Program-made: the position numbers and the translations under genes
The notes under the pieces: generated by a model
The model's input: the letters and a program-made list of their open reading frames with translations, nothing else
Told to the model about the DNA's origin: nothing
The model's database searches: none
Assembly (NCBI GenBank): GCA_028023455.1
Contig: JAQFVV010000011.1
Location: 1,922,001 to 1,986,000, forward strand
From: Epiperipatus broadwayi
Lineage: Eukaryota; Animalia; Onychophora
Direction of reading: 5' to 3'
DNA: 64,000 bases
Part shown: in pieces, positions 25,426 through 39,600 of the stretch
Layout of the letters: each line of letters begins with the position of its first letter
Numbering within the stretch: position 1 is the stretch's first letter

Positions 25426-26428
25426 GAGCATATAATATTTTAATTTTAAAATAAATTATTGCTTATTAATATTTTGCTCAACATAAATTTAATACTGAAT
25501 CATTAAAAAAAAAATGTATATTACATTAACAACGCGCAGCAATTAACGCATTAACCGCATAGGCCACAAAAATCATAAAATAATTTCTATCATCTATTAA
25601 ATTTAATAAATCCCCCTTTCAATAAATTTATTGCTGTAAGATAAATATATAAAAACGTGTATTTTTTAAAAAATTGAAAGCTTAATTAATCTTTAAGTTA
25701 AGCAGAAAAAAAAAACATAATTAGATAAAATGAATGAGTGACCATTAAAGACATTCACTGATAACATTAAAATAATTAATTATAATAGACTTAATCAAAT
25801 TACTGTATCAGCAAATTAGTTTAATCAATCATTTCAATATATTTAGCGCCGATGCCTTGGGTGACACTATGATTAATATGAATAATCTTCAAAGTTATTA
25901 TGTATATATGTTTGTGTATTAGTGGACGTCATTTATAAATGCATTCTATAGATAGCCGCTGCTTATTTGCAAATGAATCTATTTCCACAAAATGCCATGG
26001 CATTATATTCTAAATGTAATGTTTGTTATATATATATATAATAGTTTTGGGCTTGTAAATAAAACATATACCAATGACACTTTTTTAAAGTGATCCTTGA
26101 GTTAATTATTTTCTTTAAGCACTGCCTCCCCTATCATAGTCAATCATGGGGGATAATTAAATTTATTTATATGAGTTCTTTTGCTGATTATTTTTACTTA
26201 ATATCTTAATGTATCAGATAAAAGTTAAATTTCTCTCTAGATGACAATACATCTAAATTCTAGTGACGTTTCTGTTTGTTTGGCCATTGTGCTGAATTCA
26301 TTTCTATGTCATGTGAGGTCTATGGAAGCAAAGGAAGCATTACTTACTGGTTGACTGTTAACTGATTAATATAATTACATCTCATATATATATAATTATT
26401 TAACTTTACACTCTTTTCATATCCTAAT

Positions 26429-26929
26429 GAAATACTAAAAAACTTGAGCTGAGTCAAACCACTATGAAAAGGTTCTAACTTAATAGTACTGAGTTAACTT
26501 TTGGCGACTTCTCACCAGAATCATAGTGCAAAATTAATTGTAATAACAACAGGAGCAGGCTGAATATATAGTTTACAAAATATGCAAATTATTGCAAAGG
26601 GAAATGTAAATTATAAAAGTCAGATGTTCTATTTTTTTTGACAAAGGGACCCAAATTCAATCAAAAAGAAGGAACCCTGCATACCTTTGTCAAAAAAATG
26701 GAACATCTGATTTTTACAATTTATATTTGTTGTTGCAATAATTGACATATTTTGTAAACTATATATTCAGACTGCTCCCGGCATTCTTAGTTAATTAATT
26801 TAGCACTATGATTCTGGCTAGAAGTCACCGAAAATTAACTCAGTGCTATCAAGTTAGAATATATATATATTTGGTTTAAAAATACCTTTTCATAGTGTCT
26901 TGACTCAGCTCAAATTTTTGGAGTATTTC
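26429..26929. repeat. Fold-back: ~220-245-bp inverted arms (26429-26647 / 26684-26929), 36-bp spacer
   Basis: gagctgagtcaa..cactatgaaaagg / ccttttcatagtg..ttgactcagctc and tttttttgacaaagg / cctttgtcaaaaaaa. Confidence 0.9.
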
Positions 26930-27289
26930 TTATATATATAATATTTTCATATTTGCCATATTTTATAAATTCTCGTTTTGTTTTTTCATTCTAGCTAATC
27001 CTTTGAATAAAGTTGTATTTGCATCCAAAATGATATTTTCGTATAAAGTTTTTTAGCAGTGATGTACTGTTTTGTTTATCATACTTATAAATGCTAAAGG
27101 AAGCCAATATTTAAATTTACTCAGGAAATGATGCTAGTTTGTTCATAATAATAGTTTAAAGGACAGACAATGTACGTCATAATGGAAAATGATTGTTCGA
27201 TTAAATGCACCCAGTAATATAAAATTTTGTCATCATTTGTCAGTGTGGCATAATAAAAGTCCAAAGGTGTTCATAATAACCTACACACT

Positions 27290-27645
27290 AATTGACTTTA
27301 GGTTAACATGGGTGTGATGAGAATCTTGGCCTCAATGTGGCCTTTGAGCATTCCATCATCAGATTTTCAATTGGATGGATGGTTGAAGAGTTGGAGTGTG
27401 GAATGAATTGAACCCTGTCCACTAAAGTATGAAGATTGGCTATCTTAATATGTATCTGAGTACTTATTGCATATGTGTGGAGGGATGATAATCTAGACCA
27501 ACTGATGATTGTTGGATTAGCATGAAATACATATAATGGTGATTATTTATCTTTTCAACATATATGTGTTCAAGTTTATCAGTGTTATGAGATAGAGGTG
27601 AGAGTGGTGGGTAGTGTGAACGTCTGTGCTCATATACCCTATATA
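27290..27645 (+). mobile_element. Family D copy with partly decayed HHR (27488-27546)
   Basis: ATAATC-taga-CCAA-CTGATGA-ttgttggattagcat-GAAA-TACATA-TA-ATGG-t-GATTAT; closely related inverted copy at 51950. Confidence 0.85.
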
Positions 27646-28749
27646 CTAATTGTCTCAGTAAAAGTAATTTTTGAATTAAATTCTTAAAGAGAAAGTTCTA
27701 CTGGCATAGTATATCAGTATACTACGCCGTATTTTGCACCCTACCCAAAATGAACTTTATATGAATACTTGTTTGTTTTACATTAGCAAATTGACAATGA
27801 TAAATTAATTATAAAAATCCAATCCATACTGACTTTAAATATGTGTGTGTATATATATATAAAATCACCAAGCAAAACAAATGTAAAAAGTAATAAATTT
27901 TTCTATTGTATTTTGTTGTATTTTTAAAATGTTGATTTTTTATGTTTGATGATGGTAAAAATATTTTGTTTGCTTTTTATTGCATTTTACTTTTCTGTGT
28001 TATGACATGTTATCAAATGATAGATATTTTAAAATATTTAATTTCTTTTAATTAATATTCCTTTTTATATTATTTAGTTGCATGTTTTTAAGTCATAAGA
28101 ATTAACAGACATTTGTAATTCTGATGATTTAAAAAGCAAAGATGCTAATAAATTTTTGAATTTATAATTATGATATTTAAATTCGAACTTTCCACAAGTT
28201 AAATTATTTTGCAACTTAATCTTGAGGGGAAGAGGTTTTTTTGACCCTGAAAAGAATTAAAAATCAAGCTCAAAATACTAAGAAATAAGAAAATATTTAT
28301 AAAATAAGAGATTGAAAGGTTTTTTTTTTTTTTACCAAAAGAAAATGAAACTGTTTTCCCCTTCTCTAATCTCATAGCATAATGATGCTTTCTATTTTGC
28401 TATTGGAAAAAGAAGTCACTAAATGAATAAGGTACATATAAATGCTTATCACCAAAAAAAATTTACCATAAAAAATAACTGAAAACTTGATTGCTCTATC
28501 ATATATTTACTGTAGCTCACTCAATTTTTACTCGTTCATATATGGACTCTTAGTGTCTGCTAGTTGAAAGTAATCTGAAAAAGTCACAGCAATCCTTTCA
28601 CTCAAATAATACAATAAAAAGAAAAAATGCCTAAAAAAACCTTGTACTTATTGCTTTAAAATAAGTTAATTAAAGAAAAATAAATTTAAATAATAAAAAT
28701 TGAACAAAAGTAAGGTAATTTATTAACATAATTGTAACTGAACAGGATG

Positions 28750-30310
28750 CAAATGAAGCTCCCAGTGAATTGATAATGTAAACAAATTCAAACTAAGCAT
28801 AAATAACAATAAATGATACGAATCTGGTGGTATCATCTATCTTTTAAGAATTTATTTACATTATATAACTCATTGGAATCTTCAGTTACTTGCTGTTCAG
28901 CTATATATCTTAGTTATGTATTTTTATAGATATTTAGAGGTTGTTAGAACTAATGCTCAGCTTTGTTAAATGGTGATTCTTATTTATTCTACAAATATAT
29001 TGTAATGGTAACTTTGTCACCATAACCAGGAGCAGTAAAGTAATATGAGGTTAGGAGTTATTTATCTAGAACTCATTCTTCATACAGATATTCATTTTTG
29101 CTTTAGCCACCATACATTTCAAAAGTAACACATCAAAGAGCATGCTCTCAGAGCTATGGGGGGGATTATTCTATGGATCATCTATGTACATTTATTGCTT
29201 TTATTTTAATAACAAGTATTATATATAAGCTAAAAATAAAATATTTTATTCCACTATTACTGTATATATGCATGAAATAACAACTGATAAGTTTGTAAAT
29301 AAAGAAATAATTTATTAATGAAAAAATAAAATATAAATCAATTAATAAGTAATAGAATAAATCACTGGAATCTTCTTTAGGAATTTCCTTTCTTGAGTAC
29401 TTTACACATCAAAGATTAAAATAAAAGTTTAAATGACCCTTTTCTCTATAGTTTTATGCAATAATTTTTCATGTAAAAAAAAGAATTATCTTCATTTATT
29501 TCTGGATAGCTTTTCTGAAAATAATTTTAAATACTTTATTATTACAGATTATTATACAGTTTGTACTCTAAAGAATTCAAGTCCAAATATTATATTTCTA
29601 TAATTCCTTTATGAATAAAAAATATTGTTTTGACAAGTTTGAAAATAGTTTTCATTCTTTAATTTTTCTAAAAGTTCACAAATATTATTTCCTATATTTA
29701 TCCTGAATATTCACAATAACAAGCAATATCAAAACATTAGAAGTTCTGGCTTTAAAATATCTTACCGCTATCTGGAAAGTCTTTTCTTCTCTTAAATATT
29801 TTTCTTTGTTTTAGTAACATTAGGTGAAACATTAATGGTAATTATATGACATGTTCATATCCTAGTTCCCTTTTACCAATAACAATTTTAAATTCATTGA
29901 TAAGGAACACAGATTTGGCACTTGCACTAATGTCAAAATCAATGAGCTATTTACTTTAACTTAGCACTTCATCTTCCACATAAATCTTAGTACAAAGAAT
30001 ATCTCCATCATTTCAAGTAAATTAAAAAATAATTTTCACTTCTTATATATATAAAGGATTACTTAAAAGATCATTTATTTTGCTTTCTTTTTTCTGCTTC
30101 ATGGCCAATATAATTGTTACAATATATAATCAATAGAGCAAATTCACTCCCCCATTTAAAATTATGTAAACAATTTTAAGCATAAATAACAATTAAATGC
30201 TGAGAGACAGGTAGCATCAACTATCTTTTGAACATTTTTTTATATGTTATCTAACTCATTGAAAGGTTCAGTTACTTCCTGTTCAGTTACATATAGTTTG
30301 AGTTATTTAT
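28750..30310 (-). mobile_element. Possible very old Penelope-like relic flanked by ~170-bp direct repeats
   Basis: Direct repeats ~28750-28920 and ~30130-30310; minus-strand fragments LIFDV*S, MYIDD and LFDVLL occur in RT order. Confidence 0.3.
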
Positions 30311-30419
30311 TATTACTGATTAACATAATTGGAAATATAATTAATTATCATATGATAAAAAAATTATTTTATTAGCCAATATTTCATAATAAGGATTATT
30401 AATTTTTTAAAAAAAAATA

Positions 30420-31740
30420 CATTCAGATACTTACATACTAGACCTGCTATACCTTTTCACATCTACATCAGTCCACCAATAACTTTCAAATCTTGTGAGG
30501 TCAAACATGTACATTGGAACTTCTGACAAACTTAAGTGATAAATTTTTCAAAACAGATTGTGTGTACATTTTTGCAAGATATAGAAAATTATTGGCAGAC
30601 TGTATATATATATGAAAAGGCATAGCAGCCTAATATGTAACACTAATTGCACCAGATTAAATCTGAAAAAGGATATTTTTAGCAATACAAAAAAATATAA
30701 ATTTGTATATAAAAATAATAAAAATACATTATACTAAATAAAAATGGCACTGTGGGCCAGCAAAGCTCCCCCCTCACCCCACAAGGTATGGCATTCTTCC
30801 ATCACACACATATCCAGCAATTACAAAATTTTTATTTAAAATAAAAAAAATACTATGTATATTAACTCTGGAATGAAATTACAAAATGAATATTAAAGCA
30901 AAATTACCAAAAAATAATACTACATAAAACAAAAAAAATACTCCATCTATTCTATCACTTAAATAAGTATATTAACTATAAAAATAATACATACATTAAC
31001 TACAAAATGGACAATAAAGCAACTAAAAAAAATACATCTATTAACTATGGCAGAAAAGTAAAAAATAGACAGATCAAAAAAAAAAACTACATCTAGATGA
31101 GATTTTTAAAAAAATGTTTGTACAATATAATGGTTGCATGGAATATTCATTGAGAAATGTCTAACTATATTTATTTTGTTACAAAACAAAAAAAGAAATT
31201 ATTAAAGTTTTATCAAAACATTAAAAAAAAATTATTAAACTTTTATTAAAATGGAATCAATGTGGTGGACTGATTTTTTTAATATCGTCCAGAATGCAAA
31301 CAAAAGCAACATCTTCTTTGTGTATGTTTTGCAATTTCATGCCAGAATTAATATATGTAGTATTTTTTAATTTTAAGTAAAATTTGGGGATTTCTGGGCA
31401 TTATTGCAATGTCAAAATGCCATACCTAGTGTGCAAGGGTGTGTGTGGCTTCGATGTTACAAAGTGCCACTTTAAAAACTCACAACTACCTGTTCTTATT
31501 TAATATCATAATTATCACAATGAAACAAAAACTTGCACCTACCTGTTTATAATTTAGTATCGTAATGTTTTTATTATTTTTGTGTACAAATTTTTCACTT
31601 AAGTTTGTCAGAAGTTCTGATGATCATGTTATTTGATGAGATCACAGGAATTATTTGACGGGATTGCAAGGTTAGAAATTTATGGGCAGAATGACATGGA
31701 TATAAAAAGGTATAGCAGGTCCAATATATAAGTACCTAAA
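30420..31740. repeat. Large degenerate fold-back with two nested inverted arm pairs
   Basis: Outer pair 30420-30550 / 31590-31740 (gacctgctatacctttt; gaacttctgacaaacttaagtga); inner pair 30741-30890 / 31325-31475 (aggtatggcatt; atattaa.tctgg.atgaaatt). Confidence 0.8.
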
Positions 31741-32109
31741 TTTATTACTTACATTTACTTGCTTAAAATAATGATAATGGCTTTATTACTTGGGAACTCA
31801 TAAGAAATTAGAGCCCAGAACTGCAAGCTTCAAAATCGATCCAGGGACTTCCTAATCCCAAATAGGATGCTCTTTAAATTGTGCCAAACGGTGGAGAGCT
31901 ACTTGCTTATGAGAACTCTTTGTATATTGTATATGTGACAGAAAATACAATAATGAAATTTGTCTATCACAATGCTCATGTACAATTTCACAAATTGTGA
32001 TAATTTTGAACATATATGCTGATATAAAAATCACCAGGTAATATATAATTCACATTCAGCGATTAGCGTAAAATTGCAAAATTTTTCATTTCATACAGAC
32101 TTGACAATC

Positions 32110-32400
32110 AGTTATGAAAAATTAATCTGATTTTTTAAAAATTAAAATTTTTCATAGATTTTTCTACACAAATTGTAATCTATGCATGTTTGCTGCACTG
32201 GGACAAAAGTCATTGGTTTTGAAGGTAAATGTTTAATATAAATGTGCTAATTTTTTTCTTTAGATTTTTTTACATAATTGAAAATCGATAAACTGATCTA
32301 ATTTTTTTAACAATTCAAGCTTTTCATAAATATGTTTCTCTACATAAATTATAGTCCAATGCATATGTTTGCTATATCATGATGACAGAAGGAAGTTCTG
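32110..32400. repeat. Diverged tandem duplication, ~175-bp period
   Basis: ctacacaaattgtaatctatgcatgtttgct versus ctacataaattatagtccaatgcatatgtttgct. Confidence 0.5.
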
Positions 32401-34589
32401 TTATTAGAGTATAGACTTGCAATTTTTTTTGCTTTTTCATTCATACTTGGATAAGCTTGCTGCAACCAGTCTTTTTAATAATTTAGCTTTTTGTCAGAAA
32501 CTGCAAAAGTTTGATGGTTTGGAAATAACAGTATTCAACCCTTATTAAAGTTTTATGTTGGCTAGCACTGTCCTTGATCGTAACATTCACACTTTTCTAC
32601 TATTAAGATTTTTCATTAAGATTTAAACTAAATAAAATATGCTGTGTTGATTTTAATGATATAATTGGATTTCTCTTACAAATTCTTTTGAATTTCAATT
32701 TTTTATTGTTGTCATTATGATATTATAACAGTATTATAATTCTTAATTTTAGGTTGGAATTTGTTTTTTAAGATATTTTTAAATTTGTTATAGATAGAAC
32801 AATCATTCTATTTTTTTTCTCTGTATTATAAACATTGCATCAATGAACAAAGAAGCAGGATTTATCAAAATAGATGATATATTTTCAAATTTTTTGTTTT
32901 TATTGGTGTATCTCTCTTCAACTCCATCAGAAACACAACCACCTAATCACATAAAAACTCAAATCAACCTTTCACTATACATGGACTTTGTGAATCATGT
33001 ATTCTCATCAGATGACTTAGAAATGTCAAATATCTTAATCTCCATGCCTATATTTACATAATAAAGAGTAAAAAAATGAAAAGCAACAATAAAAAAAAGT
33101 ACTGAACACATCTCACTTAAATTATTTATTTCGATTTGTGGAAGTTATGGAATCATATTCCAAAGTTGGACAGGTTGTTTTTCTTTTTGGTAAAAAGAGC
33201 CACATGTAATGCTTTTCATGGCTATCAAAGATTAAAAGATTTGTTACCACATTTTAAAGCTAAAATTTCAAGTTTCAAAATTCAGTTTTTTTTTCTAACT
33301 TTTAAAGTATTTAGAAAATAAAATATTCTAATATTAGTCCACACTATTCTATTATAGATTGTTCATATAAAAATTTAGAAAAAATGCCAACAAAAACCAA
33401 TGTTATCTCAGGAACTGCGCATAGTAGTTTTGGGAACTACGTGCAGCTTATGAGTTAAAGTTTGCCTACTATTGTGGGTTCTACTTATGCATGAGACAAT
33501 AAGATTTAAATTGTTTAAAATCAAAAAATATATTAAATTGTTTCCATTTTAATAAATTATATTTACTAATAAAATGAAAATGTAAAAACTAAAAGAGATT
33601 ACCAAAAACATCAGAGTTTCATAAATTGTTGGAACTTGATTAAAAAAGAGCCCATATCATAACCAAATGTATGGCCAATAATCAGAAAAATAAATTTAAT
33701 AGATAACAAATTTCATTTATATAGTTTTATAATAAAGGTATTTGCATTTCAAAGGTGAATCAAATTACCATTACCATATCAGTTATTAGTCCAGTTGTAT
33801 TTAGCCAGATTCCAATACCGTGTGTAATATTTGATGATTACATTAATAATTTGAAGTTCCAAATAAAAACTCCTTTTAGAAAGCGTTGATGTTTCTTTGA
33901 TTCAAAGTCATTAAATGATTTAATTACAAAACCTCATTAAACTTAAAATAACTTTTGATCTTGCCTATATATTGACATGAGTGTTAACCGAGTCTTTGAG
34001 AATCATGTTCTTCTGTATGAATTTCCTACTCTAACTTCATCTTCTATCTTTCGATCTATCTCATCATTATTATATTATCCTATTATAATATATATAGAAA
34101 TTGTGAAAAAGTTTTACAACGATAGTTTAAATCAAACAACATATATATATATATTGATATGAAGATTTTCGCAGGTTACAGATACAATATATTTTTCAGG
34201 TTCATCAGTGTTTGATTTTTGTTATAAATATGCAGATGTTTCGACTTAATCACCCAAGCCATCAATTGAGTGATCACTAGAATAATATAAAAAACACAAT
34301 CTGAATAGTTTCTGACTTTAAATTCCTTTTCAAATTTTATATACGGGTTTTTTCTATTGATGAAACTTTAAAACTGTTATAAATCAATATTTGCAGCACT
34401 ACCACCATTTTTATAATATTCTATTCATTATACAATGGATGGTTTGTACGAATAAAAATTATATATGGACGAATCCAAAAAATAGATAATATATATATTT
34501 TCAATTATAAAAGTATAATCCATCTATTTAAAAATAAATCAAATCTTTTAATAACAGACTTTTCTATTTTTAAAAAATATTCTATGTAT

Positions 34590-34790
34590 TATTAATGAAT
34601 ATTTCCATAATGTTATTTTCACTTCATCACTCTCATGCAAGGATAGGGACTAGTTTCTATTAACTTTTAACACCTTGTGGGGGGATATAATCATAAAAGT
34701 ATGCCCAATAACATGTGAAAAAGGTGTATGATCCACAAGATGCACATTTCATGCTGAACTAGCACTTCATCAGTTGGCCAAGACCACAAT
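34590..34790 (-). mobile_element. Family D subfamily copy with decayed HHR (~34729-34785)
   Basis: Minus strand CCAA-CTGATGA-aGTGCTAGTTCAGCAT-GAAA-TGTGCA-TC-TTGT. Confidence 0.75.
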
Positions 34791-36349
34791 CCTTATACAT
34801 ATATTTACCATTGTTCCGTATACATAGATGGCAAACTATTACAGTTCAATTGATGTGTCAAATTTGCTACCCTCATAACTTTGACACAAATTATTTGGAA
34901 ATGATAAAGCAACAAATGTGCCCACCAAAATAATTTTTAGTTAAGATCATCAAAATCTTTTTTTTTTCATTAATCATTTTGTTAGTCAACTCTGCGCTCC
35001 TCTTCATTTAAAAACTTCATTTAAAAATGAATCTATAATTCTGTAATTTGTAACAATATTTTTTTTACGTCTAAGCTGAACATAAATATCTCAACACTTT
35101 TTTTATAGTTATTACTAAAATGACATCCATAAATAAACCCAAATGTGTAAACAAATGGTTTATTATATATAAATTACGATTCACACGTCAAACAATTTTC
35201 TTGGTCGCTGAAAAATAAGCAAAAACTCAATATAATAATTCCAAACATTACATGAATATTAGAAGGCCTATATATGCATGTAAGTAAATTCTTAACTAGA
35301 AAGCAGATCTGAGACTTATGTCTTCTGATACAAAATAATTAATATAATTTATGATACACATAAGATAATTAGACACATATAAATAAAATGAAGATTCAAA
35401 ATATAAAGGACAAAGATTCAAAATACCTTTTAAGGACAAAGATTAACAGTCTAATTGATAATATAATTTTATCTGGTTGTGTTACACATTAGAAAAATGC
35501 TTAAGAATTCTCATAGGTACCACATCAATTTCAAACCAGTATGACTTCTCAACAAATCTGCAATCTTGCACAGATTGTTTTGACTTGAAGTATCACATAG
35601 AAATTGTGAAATATAAAACAATGAATTATCATTCCACAGATATTCTTACTATTTTGACAACTATATAGTTAACAAAATGTTTTTATGGATTTTTCAAAAA
35701 CTATAATATAACTTCTAAGCATATTTTAGATTGATAAGATAACAAATAACATGCAATTTTCAATATTTTATTTGATGATGAGATAGAGGGTAATAGGTCA
35801 TCATTTAAACAATATCTCTACTTTGTAATAAATCATTATTACTTACAACTGCATGAGTAAACTTCCATTAAATTTTTGCAGATGAAAATCATGCAGGAAT
35901 TATTGAAATCTGCATGAAATATTTACTACTTTACATTTAGGTTTTAGTATTCACATTTCACAATATATATATAAGATACGGTAAAAAATCAAATAGCCTT
36001 GAAACAAACCTGGATTGATTAGTTTTAAGAAAGATGGTATGTGTTCTTACTAATTATGAGTAACTGAAAAGTGCATTTCAAAAAATATCATATGGACAAA
36101 CGAGAGTGTAGAAATAAAAAAATATGTATAGCTCAGATTTCATAAATTCAAACCTGGAAATAAAAATCTAGACCATGGTCCATAAATCTTAAGGTCAGAG
36201 TCTGCCATTCTGTCATTGAATTAAATTACACAGGGATAAAAACCAAATAAATGGTTTGATTACAAGTATAAGGTATATACTAAACTTTAGATGTAATTAG
36301 AGATGAAATTTGTAATCAAATATTACATATTCAGCCTGAATTCTGACCA

Positions 36350-36750
36350 CCTCTACTCTGTATATTTAAATGGACATATTAAGGTCCTTCCTATATACGA
36401 GGGATCAGAGTGACTTAGGGTCAACATGGGTATGACAACAATATTGGCATCAACAAGAACTTTGAGCATTCCATCATCAGATTTTCAATAATATGGAGGG
36501 CGAGGAGTTAAACAGTGGAGAAGATTGAAGCCTGTCCATTAAAGTTTGAAATATCTTAATATAAACTGAGCACTAATTCATTATGCACATGGGAGATGAT
36601 GATCTGGACCAATTGATGAGTGCTGGTTCAGCATGAAATATGTATATTGGAGATCATTTATGTTTTTTACATGTATGTATCGGTTATATAAAGATGGAGT
36701 AGATACCTGAAGGGAGTTTGAAAGTCTGTGTTCCAAATCTCATCTAATTA
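36350..36750 (+). mobile_element. Family D copy with near-intact HHR (36599-36657, C3U substitution)
   Basis: ATGATC-tgga-CCAA-TTGATGA-GTGCTG-gtt-CAGCAT-GAAA-TATGTA-TA-TTGG-a-GATCAT. Confidence 0.85.
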
Positions 36751-36900
36751 CAACTAAATGGTTTGTTACTTAGTTCCTAAAAAGTTTAATCATAAGAAGC
36801 AAAAAAAATTAGAGCTGTAATCCAAGAATCAAGCTCCAGAATCAAGCTCTATACAATTGCACTAAATCATGCAAGACAGAGTGTAAAAATGAAGGACAAT

Positions 36901-37140
36901 GATCTAGTGTCTGAACCTACCCTGACACCTCTCTGAGGAGTGCCAGAGCATGAAACCAGGATCAGGAGTTGGGGAGGGGGGTTCCTGACAGAGATATTTT
37001 AAGTTCTGGCTCTGGCTAAGCATTTATCATAAAGCTTGTAGAGGAATTGGCAATCCTCATTGTTTATAACTTGCAAGCTTAAGAGATAGGGTGGTGTGAT
37101 CTATGACTCTTGTTTTAATGATTTTAGTTGTTATATTTGG
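36901..37140 (+). mobile_element. Family C copy with HHR (36916-36976; core intact, helix III mismatched)
   Basis: CTCT-CTGAGGA-GTGC-caga-GCAT-GAAA-CCAGGA-TC-AGGA; reverse-complement homologue at 49940-50152. Confidence 0.8.
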
Positions 37141-37212
37141 AAGTGGCAAAATCAAAAGAAAATAATGTAGAATATTAGCATCTCATTTTCTAGTTATTAA
37201 AGTTTTTTTAAT

Positions 37213-37600
37213 AAGACTAGATTTCTGTCCTATGGACAGGTCCAGAGAGCAGCCACATCACAAGTTCATCCATTTTTCTAGTACATTCTATTCATTACCC
37301 AGATGTTTAATTTCACATACCTCTTCCCATCTCTTATATCATTCAGCAAGGTTAATCTTTTCCATCCTTTCTTTTTGTATCTTTTCACTACTCCCTATAA
37401 AACATCTTTTATTAAACTATTCTTCCTCTTTAATATATGCCCAATCAGTTTCTCTTTCAATTTCTAATTTCCTCAATCAATTTTCTTTTTTCATTTACTC
37501 TTTCCAAAAGATCTTCATTTGTCATTTTGTAGATCCAATTAATTTTTGCCATTCTTCACAATGATAATATCTTAAAGGCCATTATTAGTTGTCCTAATTA
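37213..37600 (-). mobile_element. RTE-clade LINE 3' end (second family)
   Basis: RRMAKINWIYKMTNEDLLERVNEKRKL...LGHILKR, typical of the RTE ORF C-terminus. Confidence 0.75.
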
Positions 37601-38384
37601 ATTGTCTATTGAGACAAATATGCTAATGCACCAGAAATATAACTGCATTCATTAGTTAAATTGCCATACCTTAATAAGATGTTTGGACAAAACATAAATA
37701 GTGAACATTATTTGTTTTCAATAATTAAAAAAAAAAAAAAAACATTAAAGGATCTCAAAAAAGAGGAAGAATATTTTGTCACATGAATTTAATAAAAAAA
37801 ATGGTTTAATGAATCTTAATTAGGAACTGAAGCATAAAGACAGTATTAAATCCAATTAGAAAAATTTATGATAATTAAGAAAAACATTTTTAAATGGGTA
37901 ACAATGAAGAAACAATTAAAAACACCAAAGTAGATGAAAAACATCATTAATATCCAAAATCTTTGGTTTCAGATTTTTTGAATCTATGAATTTTTCAGAT
38001 TTCAGAAATGTGTTTTTACCCCCTCATTTCAAACTCCAACTTTGATAAAAATGTAAATAGACATTAATTTTATTGTTTTGTAGATTTTTTTTATACAAAT
38101 TAATTTTATACAAATTAATATATACAAATTAATTTATTAATTGTAAAAGAGTTAAGATCATCTTAAAAAATTTATTTGGATAATGGACGTTTTTGAATAA
38201 TAAATATTTAAATTAATAAAATTTTATCCGATGAAAAGATAAAAAAGATTTTTAAAAAATACCTGAACATATGTTTAGAATATTTCTCAAGAATATATTA
38301 GATGTCAACAGGTACAGGAAAAAAGAAACAGAAGAAAAAAGATGCTACATGATTTTATAAAGAGAGTACTGTAGTTATATTTAA

Positions 38385-38845
38385 CCACTAAACGTCACAC
38401 AATCACCATTCCCTATGCTTACACAAGTTGTTAAATCACAAGAAAAACTCTCTATACAGTGCACGACTATATGGAAAGTTTTCCTTCTGTTTTAACAACT
38501 TGTGTAAGCATAGGGAATGGTGATCAGGTGATGTTTAGTGGTTTAATACTAATCCTGCCAAATAGATGATGATAGTGACTGTGGTTATTAAAGAACCAAA
38601 GACACCAAAAGCAAATGAGCTTAAATTGAAAACAGTGTTTCCATTTTTGGATTCTTAGCTTTATAGTTAACTAAAAAGGTAAAAGCTGGCTGTTTGGGGG
38701 GCGGGGTAATTGCAGTAGATCGTAAGATCTAGGTATCTGGAATTATTGGATGAGTAGGCACTAGATAAGGATTTTGTGCAAAAACATTTTTGAATCCATT
38801 GATTACTCTGGCTTATACTGGGTTGAACTATTGTATATTTTGCCT
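38385..38845 (+). mobile_element. Family B copy with near-perfect 5' fold-back, HHR segment deleted, 16-bp TSD
   Basis: TSD CTGTA(G/A)TTATATTTAA at 38369-38384 and 38846-38861; 34-bp perfect inverted repeat 38402-38435 / 38491-38524. Confidence 0.8.
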
Positions 38846-39600
38846 CTGTAATTATATTTAAAAAAAAAAAAAAAACTGCTAAAAAAGATAGATTTAAAAA
38901 AAAAAAAAAATTCAAGAATATAGAAAATAATGGTCAATAGCAAATGATTCATAATGATGTTGGCAAAAAAAAAAAAAAAACTATCACCAATGAAAACATT
39001 TTAAATTTAAATATAATAGTGTGTGTACGGATAATACAAGTTATTGTCGTCAACTCAGTGGTATTTTGAAATGTCAATACTGAAAATAGAAGTTCAATTT
39101 TCTCATTTATCAATATTAACTAACTAAAAAATATGTCAATAACACCGAACTTCTGAAACATGCATATGCTTTGCAACATATATAATTAAAACTTGTAAAT
39201 TAAAAATAAATATTTGCACCCAATATGAAGTCTCTCCATTAAAAACCCCAGTCATTATTCTTATCTTCACATACACATGCACTTTTAGTATGCATTGTAA
39301 AGACAGGCATAGATATAGAAATTATTTCACTTTCAAGAGTTCATATTCTCATTTAATTCTTTTTCAGTTAGGAAAAACAAACAAACAGATGATGCATATG
39401 AATTTCTAGCAATTCAATTTTGATTAACTTCTTCACATTATAGTATATTGTCAAGTTTTTTCTTGAGTTTTTTAATAATCTTTTCTAAGATTATTCTTAT
39501 AAATAATTCTAAATTGATGATTTTAACTGAAATACATTTGTGCATGTACATATAAATCACTTGAGATGCAGTTTACATGCAAATTGCTATCTTTATTTAT

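Noticed and set aside
31612-31660. CTGATGA-TCAT..ATGA-GATC as an HHR
   Set aside because: GAAA is absent and the inverted partner arm lacks the motif.
33740-34490. Degraded coding sequence on the minus strand (viral, Helitron or MULE-like)
   Set aside because: Protein-like fragments (WIRPY, NHPLYNE, KYNWTNN) but many stops and no motif I can assign.
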